Source: an uncultured Eubacteriales bacterium (GTDB lineage: Bacteria > Bacillota > Clostridia > Oscillospirales > Acutalibacteraceae). From it: a DNA stretch of 64,000 nucleotides. This document shows, piece by piece, positions 1 through 7,608 of this stretch; the stretch's first letter is position 1; each line of letters begins with the position of its first letter. The stretch lies in the NCBI GenBank assembly GCA_902491475.1, contig CABUHY010000008.1, forward strand, positions 1,986 to 65,985, given 5' to 3'. The notes under the pieces were generated by a model. The model was not told where the DNA came from. It saw nothing but the letters and a program-made list of their open reading frames with translations, and did not search any database. The translations under genes were made by a program, and so were the position numbers.

Positions 1-35
1 TTAATACTACCAAATAACGGAAAATTTTGCAATAG

Positions 36-1400
36 TTAATCCTCAAGAATTACCTTGGATTTTTTCCATTTTCCCGAGCGAACATACCAAAGTCCGATAA
101 ATACGCTGAACACGGAAGCGCAGCCTATTGCAAGACCCACGCCGTTAAAGCCCATATTCAGAAGATAAACCGCCGCATAAGCCAACGGTACTCGAACGAT
201 AATTGAGTTGAAGAACGAATTGAACAATGCAAACGAGGTATTGCCTGCCGCAATGGCAAGTCCGTTAAATGAGAACATAAACGCCGTAAACAGATAGTCG
301 ATTGCGATAAGTCTCAAATAAGGAACACCCGTTTCGATTACTTCGACATCGTCCGTAAACGCTCTGAAAAGCACCTCGGGGAACGCCTCAACAACGCACA
401 TTACGATAAGTGAAAAGACAAATGCAAGTATGAGACCGATACGCATTGTCTTTTTTGCTCTCTCATATTCCCCTGCTCCGATGTTTTGACCCGCCATTGA
501 GGAAATTGCATTTGAAAACGCAAGTCCGGGCAAAATCGCAAAGGAGTTTATTTTGCCGCCTATGCCCTGGCAAGCCGCCGCAACCTCGGCATTCGGAAGC
601 GAGTTTACAAGTGCGGTAAGCGTCATAAACGAAAGCGAAATAACAAGGCTCTGAATTGCACTCGGAAGACCGATTTTGAAAAGCAAAACAGCCTTGTCCT
701 TATCTATCTTAAAATCTTTAGCCGTATATCCCTTAAAAAATCCCGTCATAGACAGATAAACGACCGAGAGCACAAAGCTTATCGCCTGTGCGAAAATCGT
801 TGCATACGCCGCACCTGCCGCGCCCATATTGAACTTGCCGACAAGCACAACATCAAGCACAACATTGATAAGCGCCGCAATCATAACGAAATAAAGCGGG
901 CGTTTTGAGTCTCCGAGACCTCTTAAAATCGCACACACGGCATTGTAACCGAACATAAACACCGTTCCCGCCATACAGATGTTGAGATACGACAGAGTCT
1001 CCGAAAAGGCGCTCTCGGGCGTTTTAAGGAGCAACAGCAACGGTTTGCCGACGAGGAGCATAACGGCGGTTATAATAATGCTCAAAACAAGGTAGAGCGA
1101 CGACATGGTGCCTATCGTCTTTTTCTGCTCGTCGTACCTTTTGGCGCCCAAATACTGTGCCACGAGAATAGTTCCCGAAATTGCAAGTCCGTTTGCCGCA
1201 CCCGTAATGAGAATGTTTACCTGACCGCCTATGGAAACGCCCGTTATTCCGGCTTTTCCGCAAAACTGACCGACTACAATCATATCAACGACGCTGTAAA
1301 GCGCTTGGAGAATGTTTGAAGCGAGAAAAGGCATGGCGAATTTGATAAGGTTTTTGGTAACGCTGCCCTTTGTTAAATCTTTTCTGAATTTGTCTGACAT
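36..1400 (-). CDS. MATE family efflux transporter
   Basis: 454-aa ORF made almost entirely of hydrophobic helices. The N-terminus is MATE-like (KNLIKFAMPFLASNILQALYSVVDMIVVGQ). Confidence 0.85.
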   Translation of the reverse strand: MSDKFRKDLTKGSVTKNLIKFAMPFLASNILQALYSVVDMIVVGQFCGKAGITGVSIGGQVNILITGAANGLAISGTILVAQYLGAKRYDEQKKTIGTMSSLYLVLSIIITAVMLLVGKPLLLLLKTPESAFSETLSYLNICMAGTVFMFGYNAVCAILRGLGDSKRPLYFVMIAALINVVLDVVLVGKFNMGAAGAAYATIFAQAISFVLSVVYLSMTGFFKGYTAKDFKIDKDKAVLLFKIGLPSAIQSLVISLSFMTLTALVNSLPNAEVAAACQGIGGKINSFAILPGLAFSNAISSMAGQNIGAGEYERAKKTMRIGLILAFVFSLIVMCVVEAFPEVLFRAFTDDVEVIETGVPYLRLIAIDYLFTAFMFSFNGLAIAAGNTSFALFNSFFNSIIVRVPLAYAAVYLLNMGFNGVGLAIGCASVFSVFIGLWYVRSGKWKKSKVILED

Positions 1401-1460
1401 CTTTTAATAAATTATCCTTTCATAACAAAGTAACAAGGACGGAAACAACCGCCCTTGAAA

Positions 1461-2747
1461 TCATTTTTTCTTAGCTTTTCCGTAGAGCTTTCTGCCGACC
1501 TTGCGAAGCTTTATGCTTTCATTTCTGTATCGCTCAAACAGGAGCTCGGCTATGACAAAGCCTATCACGACAAGAACAGCGGCAACTATCCTGCCCTTTG
1601 TAACGGTCTTTTGGTTTTTGTCGTTTACCGATCTGTCATTAAGTGAATTGAGCGCATTTGAAAGCTCGTAATATTGGTTTTCAAGCGTATTGGCACAAAC
1701 GGAATTCGCAAGCACCTCACGGCTGTCCGAAAGCTTGTCTTTAAGCGTTGTTGCCGAATAGGTACTGCAAAGCGTAAGGTCTGTGCCCGCTGCCTCGTCA
1801 CAGAGCTCGGAAAGCCTCTGTCTTGCATTTTCGGTGCGCTGTGAGTATTCGGAAAACTGTTCGATATTATCGGTTATGATAACCGAAAAGCCCCTTGAAG
1901 TCACATCATCCCAATAAAGCTGGGTATCGGCACGCTTACCGCAAAGCTTAGGGTCTGTCATATCAATAACAGCACGGGTCTTACCCTGCGCTTTAGCCAC
2001 AGTATTTTTGTTAAAGGTCATGGAATAAGCGTTTGACGAGCCGAGTGCCACACCCGCAACGCCTGCGTCTGCGGTTTTCTTTATATATGAGCGTGATTTC
2101 CAAACTACCGTTCCCGTAAATTTGGAAAACACAAGCGGCATAGCCGATTTTTCCGAAAGCCACGAAGAAATATCTCTCTTGCCCGCTTCAAGCATAAGCA
2201 CGCAGGAATTGAGGTGATTTCCGTCGCAAAGCAAGGTGTAAATTCGGTCCTTATATTCCCAAGCGTTTTCAATTACCAAAACGGTTTTGCCGTCAACAGC
2301 CTGCAACGCTTCCGTAAGAGTCGGTATTTTATACTCCGTCGCACTTTGCGACACGCCGCCCTTACCGTTTTTAAGAGAATATTCACGGATTTCATAAAGA
2401 CCCGTTTCGGAAACATTCTTATTGACAATATTTCCGTCGGAGTCAACGCACATTCTCGAAAGGTCGTCGTCCGACATCAGGACAAGCTCGCCGTCAGCCG
2501 TAGACTTAACGCTTACCTCAACCATATCCGCACCTTTTTTGACGGCGGAAAGAATACCCTCAACGGAGTTTTCGGGGTAATGTGCGGTATCGCCGTATTT
2601 TGAAATGCAAATAAGCTTTGTAAAATCATTCCTCAAAGCCCCGACAGTCTCCTCGGCGGACGCCGCGGAAGCCGAAAAAGAAAAAGAGGAAACGACGGTT
2701 AATATACATAAAGCGATTAAAAAAATGCGTTTTCCGACCTTCGTCAT
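1461..2747 (-). CDS. Glycerophosphodiester phosphodiesterase (GDPD) family protein, secreted/membrane-anchored
   Basis: 428-aa ORF with an N-terminal signal peptide (ending SFSASAASA). The core is GDPD-like (HYPENSVEG, ADMVEVSV, DGELVLMSDDDL). A C-terminal TM anchor is present (IVAAVLVVIGFVIAELLF). Confidence 0.7.
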   Translation of the reverse strand: MTKVGKRIFLIALCILTVVSSFSFSASAASAEETVGALRNDFTKLICISKYGDTAHYPENSVEGILSAVKKGADMVEVSVKSTADGELVLMSDDDLSRMCVDSDGNIVNKNVSETGLYEIREYSLKNGKGGVSQSATEYKIPTLTEALQAVDGKTVLVIENAWEYKDRIYTLLCDGNHLNSCVLMLEAGKRDISSWLSEKSAMPLVFSKFTGTVVWKSRSYIKKTADAGVAGVALGSSNAYSMTFNKNTVAKAQGKTRAVIDMTDPKLCGKRADTQLYWDDVTSRGFSVIITDNIEQFSEYSQRTENARQRLSELCDEAAGTDLTLCSTYSATTLKDKLSDSREVLANSVCANTLENQYYELSNALNSLNDRSVNDKNQKTVTKGRIVAAVLVVIGFVIAELLFERYRNESIKLRKVGRKLYGKAKKK

Positions 2748-2987
2748 CTTTTATCTCCTTAAACAATAAAAAAATACTGTAATATTATAGCAAATAAAAA
2801 AATTTTTTACAAGTGGTCAACAATATATTTTGACGGTCTCGAAGAAGCATTATACAACATTTTGTGTAAAAAAAATATTGCACAAAAAAAGGTAGTCAAT
2901 TTTCTACTTAACACCCGATTTTCCTTGTTGATAAAGGGATTTTTTTGTGATAAAATAGACACAAATTTTTGCAAACGGGGATGTATT

Positions 2988-3209
2988 ATGCCTTTTAACG
3001 AGAAATTCAAAGAACTCCGGCAGTCCAAGCTACCGCCTCTTACACAGACGGACCTTGCCAATGTGCTCGGAATGACACAGAGAAAAATTTCGTTCCTTGA
3101 AACCGGCGCAACCGAGCCGTCCTTGAGGGACTTGAAGGCTATTTGTATGTATTTTCAGGTATCGGCGGACTATCTGCTTGATTTACCGAATACACTTGAG
3201 AGAAAATAA
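2988..3209 (+). CDS. XRE family helix-turn-helix transcriptional regulator (73 aa)
   Basis: I used the internal ATG at 2988 rather than the track start at 2862. The HTH_3 motif is LTQTDLANVLGMTQRKISFLETG. The TAA stop overlaps the nth ATG by 1 nt (TAATG). Confidence 0.75.
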   Translation: MPFNEKFKELRQSKLPPLTQTDLANVLGMTQRKISFLETGATEPSLRDLKAICMYFQVSADYLLDLPNTLERK

Positions 3210-3838
3210 TGACAAAAAAACAACTTGCACTGAAATCGGTTGAGGCATTAAAAGAAACATATCCCGACGCAATTTGCTCGCTTGAATACACAGACCCTTT
3301 GCAATTACTTATAGCGACAAGGCTTTCCGCACAGTGCACGGACGCAAGAGTTAACCTTGTTACCCCCGAGCTTTTTGAAAAATACAAGACTCTCGACGAC
3401 TTTGCCGCCGCAGAGGTTACAGATGTTGAAAAAATTATCCGCTCATGCGGATTTTATCATGATAAGGCAAGAGACATAGTCGGAATTGCCAAAAAAATCA
3501 AGTCGGATTTTAACGGTCAGGTGCCTTCTACCATTGAGGATTTGACTTCCCTGCCCGGAGTCGGAAGAAAAACCGCCAACCTTATTATGGGCGATATTTT
3601 CCACGCTCCGTCAAGCGTTGTTACCGACACGCATTTAATAAGAATTGCTAACCGTATCGGTCTTGTCGAAACCAAGGACCCGAAAAAGGTTGAATTTGAA
3701 CTTCGCAAGCTCCTGCCACCCGACGAGAGCAACGATTTCTGCCACAGAACGGTGCTTCACGGCAGAGCGGTATGCACGGCAAGGAAAGCACGCTGTGAGG
3801 AATGTTCTCTTAAAGAATTCTGTAAGAAAAAGATATAA
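3209..3838 (+). CDS. nth: Endonuclease III (DNA glycosylase/AP lyase)
   Basis: 209 aa with a helix-hairpin-helix motif (LPGVGRKTANL). The C-terminal 4Fe-4S cluster loop is CTARKARCEECSLKEFC. Confidence 0.9.
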   Translation: MTKKQLALKSVEALKETYPDAICSLEYTDPLQLLIATRLSAQCTDARVNLVTPELFEKYKTLDDFAAAEVTDVEKIIRSCGFYHDKARDIVGIAKKIKSDFNGQVPSTIEDLTSLPGVGRKTANLIMGDIFHAPSSVVTDTHLIRIANRIGLVETKDPKKVEFELRKLLPPDESNDFCHRTVLHGRAVCTARKARCEECSLKEFCKKKI

Positions 3839-3849
3839 GGATAAATAAT

Positions 3850-4872
3850 ATGTTTACTCTCAACCCGTCATATTACGGTTCGGTGTTTGTTACGCCGAAA
3901 ATAATTGTTGAAAAGTACATAAAAATGGCAAGCTTCTGCGCCTTAAAATCACTGCTTTGGATATTAAACAACCAAGGCGGTAATTTTTCTGTGGAGGAAA
4001 TTGCAAAGGCTGTGGGTTCCTCGCAGGCAGACACAAAGGAAGCCGTTGAATATTGGGTAAACGAGGGTATTCTTATAAGAAACGGCGACAGCACGCCCGT
4101 TCCCTCGCCCACCGTCAGCGACTCGCACCTCAAAAAAGAAGAGGTTAAGGCAGAAAAGAAGCCCGCTGCGGAAGTGAAAGATAAGCCGTCGGCGCCCGAA
4201 ATCAAGCTTGTGCGCCCGACATACGAACAGGTTTCGCAGAGGATTGCCGAGGACGATAATATCGCAGGGCTTCTCAATCAGGCTCAGATTATGCTCGGCA
4301 AGTCATTGGGCTTTAACAATCAGTCGGCGTTTATTCAGATGTATGACGACTACGGTCTCAGCGTTGAAGTTATCCTTACCCTTATACAGTATTGTATAAA
4401 TATCGGTAAAAAATCGACCGCATATATGCTCTCCGTCGCAAAAATCTTTTACGAAAAGGATATAGACACGCTTGAAAAAGCAAACGAATTCATTGACAGA
4501 AACAAAAAGGTAATGAAAATATACGAGGAATTCTGCCAATTCACGGGTATTTCCGCCCCCACCCCCACGCCTAAGCAGACGGATTATTTTTTAAGCTGGG
4601 ACGATATGGGTCTTTCTGTTGAAATGATGGTTCTCGCATACAACGAGACGATTGACCGCAAGGGAAAAATCAATTTCAATTACACAAATAAAATTCTCGA
4701 AAACTGGCACGAAAGCGGCTACAAGACCCCCGAGGATGTCGAAAACGCACGGGAAGCGTATAAGAAGCAGAAGCAAGGCACTTCGGAACGCTCTTACGAC
4801 ATTAACAAGGCGGTCGAGCAGGCAACAAGCGGCGAGCTTGTCTATAAAAAGAAAAAGAGGGATGACAAATGA
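3850..4872 (+). CDS. DnaD-domain replication initiation protein (DnaB/DnaD-like)
   Basis: 340 aa with a winged-helix-like N-terminus and a low-complexity linker. The C-terminal region has two DnaD-like repeats (FIQMYDDYGLSVEVILTLIQYC and YFLSWDDMGLSVEMMVLAYNE). Its stop overlaps the next start (ATGA). Confidence 0.7.
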   Translation: MFTLNPSYYGSVFVTPKIIVEKYIKMASFCALKSLLWILNNQGGNFSVEEIAKAVGSSQADTKEAVEYWVNEGILIRNGDSTPVPSPTVSDSHLKKEEVKAEKKPAAEVKDKPSAPEIKLVRPTYEQVSQRIAEDDNIAGLLNQAQIMLGKSLGFNNQSAFIQMYDDYGLSVEVILTLIQYCINIGKKSTAYMLSVAKIFYEKDIDTLEKANEFIDRNKKVMKIYEEFCQFTGISAPTPTPKQTDYFLSWDDMGLSVEMMVLAYNETIDRKGKINFNYTNKILENWHESGYKTPEDVENAREAYKKQKQGTSERSYDINKAVEQATSGELVYKKKKRDDK

Positions 4873-5825
4873 AATATTCCAACAAAGCCATATCCGACGC
4901 TTTGAGCGTTATCAACTCACGCAGACGAAACGCCGAAAACAAAGCCGAGGAAAGAGCGATAAATTTCAAAACCGAGCATCCCGAGCTTGCCGAAATAGAG
5001 CGTGAAATGGCTGACACAACCCTCGGTCTTTTTAAGGCTATCAGCAACTGCCCCGACCCGAAAAAGGTTGTAAACGAGCTCAAAGAAAAGAACCTCGGCT
5101 TCCAAAAAGCAAGAAAGGCTTTGCTTGAGGCTTGCGGGGTAGATGAAAATTATCTGAAGCCCGATTACACCTGCAAAAAGTGTAACGATACCGGTTATCA
5201 CGACGGAAAAATGTGCGAATGTCTTGAAAAGCTGCTCAAAAAGAGCGCCTTTGACGAGCTTGCACAGGCTTGTCCGCTTAAGATTTCAAAATTTGAGGAC
5301 TTTGACCCCTCAATTCAGAAAAACCCGACCGCAAAAAAGAAAGCTGCAGAAATTTTGAATTTCTGTCGGGAATATGCCAACGATTTCGGCACCGACTCCC
5401 CCAGTCTCTTCCTTTACGGAGAAACGGGTTTGGGAAAAACGCATCTTTCTCTTGCCATAGCGGGCACGGTAATAGAAAACGGTTACGGAGTTGTTTACGG
5501 CTCTGCGCAGAACCTGTTTTCAATGCTTGAAAGGGAGCGTTTCGGCAGAAGCGAAGAACCCGACGGCACAACCGAGGAAAAGCTTCTGTGCTGCGACCTG
5601 CTAATTCTTGACGACCTCGGCGCAGAGTTCTCAACGCAGTTTACCGTTGCGGAGTTATACAATATAATCAACACAAGAATAGCTAAAGAGCTGCCTACAA
5701 TAATAAATTCCAATGTACCTATTGAGGAATTGGAAAAGCGTTACACATCAAGGGTAACCTCAAGAATTATCGGAACATATCAGATGATACAATTTGTCGG
5801 AAACGATGTGCGGCAGTTAAAATAA
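4869..5825 (+). CDS. DnaI/DnaC-type AAA+ replicative helicase loader
   Basis: 318 aa with an N-terminal Cys cluster (CKKCNDTGYHDGKMCEC). Walker A is GETGLGKTHL and Walker B is LLILDDLG. Confidence 0.75.
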   Translation: MKYSNKAISDALSVINSRRRNAENKAEERAINFKTEHPELAEIEREMADTTLGLFKAISNCPDPKKVVNELKEKNLGFQKARKALLEACGVDENYLKPDYTCKKCNDTGYHDGKMCECLEKLLKKSAFDELAQACPLKISKFEDFDPSIQKNPTAKKKAAEILNFCREYANDFGTDSPSLFLYGETGLGKTHLSLAIAGTVIENGYGVVYGSAQNLFSMLERERFGRSEEPDGTTEEKLLCCDLLILDDLGAEFSTQFTVAELYNIINTRIAKELPTIINSNVPIEELEKRYTSRVTSRIIGTYQMIQFVGNDVRQLK

Positions 5826-5838
5826 CGGAGAATAAACA

Positions 5839-5884
5839 AAACGGCGTAGATACTTCCAAAAGAAGCGTCTGCGCCGTTTTTATG
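5839..5884. terminator. Bidirectional rho-independent terminator between convergent genes
   Basis: Imperfect hairpin aacggcgtagatacttc / gaagcgtctgcgccgtt, flanked by A and T runs. Confidence 0.6.
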
Positions 5885-5897
5885 TACTTATCCGACC

Positions 5898-6104
5898 TTA
5901 TTCTTCCTTGCCGTCGTCCGTATCGTCCTCTTCCGCCTGGCTTTTAGCGCTGAAATAGCTTGAAGCGCAGAAAACTACGCCTATGACAGATACAACAACG
6001 CCGGCAATAGCAAATACATTGCCTATCGCAGCCACGGCAACGCCGAGAATTGCGATTGCAATACCAACCTTGCTTAAAAGGTCGTGTAAAATCCATTTAT
6101 CCAT
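5898..6104 (-). CDS. Small membrane protein with acidic C-terminal tail (68 aa)
   Basis: Two hydrophobic segments (IAIAILGVAVAAIGNVFAIAGVVVSVIGVVF) followed by the tail AEEDDTDDGKEE. No recognisable family. Confidence 0.45.
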   Translation of the reverse strand: MDKWILHDLLSKVGIAIAILGVAVAAIGNVFAIAGVVVSVIGVVFCASSYFSAKSQAEEDDTDDGKEE

Positions 6105-6249
6105 ATAACCGTCTCCTTGTTGTTTTGTAATACTATAATATCACAACAAATTATTAAAATAAACCGTTATATTATACAATAATTTCAAAATTTTATTGTG
6201 TATTTGCTACAATCATAATTTTTTCGGAAAAATTTTACTTAAAAACATA

Positions 6250-6278
6250 TTGACAAAAAAGTGTTTATAAACTATTAT
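6250..6278 (+). promoter_or_regulatory. SigA-type promoter of the GntR/ABC operon
   Basis: TTGACA (6250-6255), 17-nt spacer, TATTAT (6273-6278). Confidence 0.55.
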
Positions 6279-6281
6279 GTA

Positions 6282-6306
6282 ACTGTACTAATTGTGATAG
6301 CACAGT
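6282..6306. promoter_or_regulatory. Candidate GntR/YtrA operator (imperfect palindrome)
   Basis: ACTGTACTA-N7-TAGCACAGT, with 8 of 9 positions complementary. It lies immediately downstream of the -10 box and 25 nt upstream of the GntR start. Confidence 0.45.
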
Positions 6307-6330
6307 TGACACAGTATAAAACGGAGGTGA

Positions 6331-6705
6331 ATGCTGTTGCGTGTTTTCATTGATTACCGGTCAAGGACGCCGATTTATGAGCAGATTAAAGAACAGATAA
6401 TCAAGCTTATAAACTACGGAGAACTGAAAAGCGGTGATCAGCTTCAATCATTAAGGCAGCTTTCTTCGGAGCTGTCAATCAATATCAACACGGTAAAAAG
6501 AGCGCTGTCCGAGCTTGAAGAACAGGGAATTGTCTATTCCGTTGCGGGAAAGGGCGTTTTCATAGCCGACAAGCCCAATTCGGACGCTTACCTCGCCTCT
6601 TCGCTCGACGCAGTCAGGACGGCTGTATCAAATGCAAAGGTCTTGGGCGCCGAAAAATCCGATATAATGAAATTGATTGAAAATATTTATACAGGAGATG
6701 ATTAA
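6331..6705 (+). CDS. GntR family transcriptional regulator, YtrA-like short subfamily
   Basis: 124 aa with the GntR winged HTH (PIYEQIKEQIIKLINYGELKSGDQLQSLRQLSSELSININTVKRALSELEEQGIVYS). The C-terminal domain is short. GGAGG RBS. Confidence 0.85.
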   Translation: MLLRVFIDYRSRTPIYEQIKEQIIKLINYGELKSGDQLQSLRQLSSELSININTVKRALSELEEQGIVYSVAGKGVFIADKPNSDAYLASSLDAVRTAVSNAKVLGAEKSDIMKLIENIYTGDD

Positions 6706-6708
6706 ACA

Positions 6709-7608
6709 ATGATAGAAATAAAAAACGTTACAAAAAGATTTGACCGTTTTGTTGCTATCGAGGACATAAGCTTTAATGTCGATAAAACATCGATATACGG
6801 TCTTATAGGCTACAACGGCGCAGGTAAAACCACCTTGCTTAAAACCGTTGCTGGCATATACCGTCCCGACGGCGGCGAAATTTTGCTTGACGGTCAGCCC
6901 TCGTTTGACAACGACGACAACAGGAAGGACCTTTTCTACATTCCCGACGACCTCTACTTCCCTCTTAACGCCACACCGCTTTCAATGGCAAAGTTTTATG
7001 CGGATTACTATCCGAACTTCCATATGAAAACATTTGAAAACCTTATCGAGGTTTTCGGCCTTGAAAAGAAAAAGAGGATAAGAGGCTTTTCAAAGGGTAT
7101 GCAAAGGCAGACGGAGATAATTTTAGGACTTGCGTCCAATCCGAAATACCTGTTGCTCGACGAAACCTTTGACGGACTTGACCCGCAGAAAAAGGAGATT
7201 TCCAAGAAGCTCTTCCTTGAATATATCGCGCAGAACGACGCTTCGATTATAATTTCCTCGCACAACTTAACGGAGCTGTCAAACCTTTGCGACCATGTCG
7301 GACTTATCAACGGCAAGCACCTCACTATGGACTGCTGCGTTGATGACATTTCACAGAACTACTGCAAGTTCAGACTTATTTTTGACAGAAACATCACAGA
7401 AGCTGATTTTGCGGGCTTTAACTATAAGTCACTTGACATCGACTCAAAGATTGCGACAATCATCTTTGAGGGCAATGCAAAGGAATATGCGGAAAGGCTC
7501 AATGCTCTTCGCCCGATTGCCGTTGACGAGTATAAGCTCACAATGGAAGAGGTATTCTTAAATGAAATGGAGGATAAGAAATATGATATCACAAAGATAT
7601 TCGAATGA
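6709..7608 (+). CDS. ABC transporter ATP-binding protein
   Basis: 299 aa. Walker A is GYNGAGKTT, the signature is FSKGMQRQ and Walker B is LLLDETFDGLD. A C-terminal extension of about 80 aa follows. Confidence 0.9.
   Translation: MIEIKNVTKRFDRFVAIEDISFNVDKTSIYGLIGYNGAGKTTLLKTVAGIYRPDGGEILLDGQPSFDNDDNRKDLFYIPDDLYFPLNATPLSMAKFYADYYPNFHMKTFENLIEVFGLEKKKRIRGFSKGMQRQTEIILGLASNPKYLLLDETFDGLDPQKKEISKKLFLEYIAQNDASIIISSHNLTELSNLCDHVGLINGKHLTMDCCVDDISQNYCKFRLIFDRNITEADFAGFNYKSLDIDSKIATIIFEGNAKEYAERLNALRPIAVDEYKLTMEEVFLNEMEDKKYDITKIFE

Noticed and set aside
2988-5825. Prophage replication-module interpretation of XRE plus DnaD-like plus DnaC-like genes.
   Set aside because: There are no integrase, structural, lysis or other phage genes nearby. 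The housekeeping nth gene sits inside the chain, and the flanks are ordinary chromosomal genes. A second loader pair elsewhere in the genome would reopen the question.
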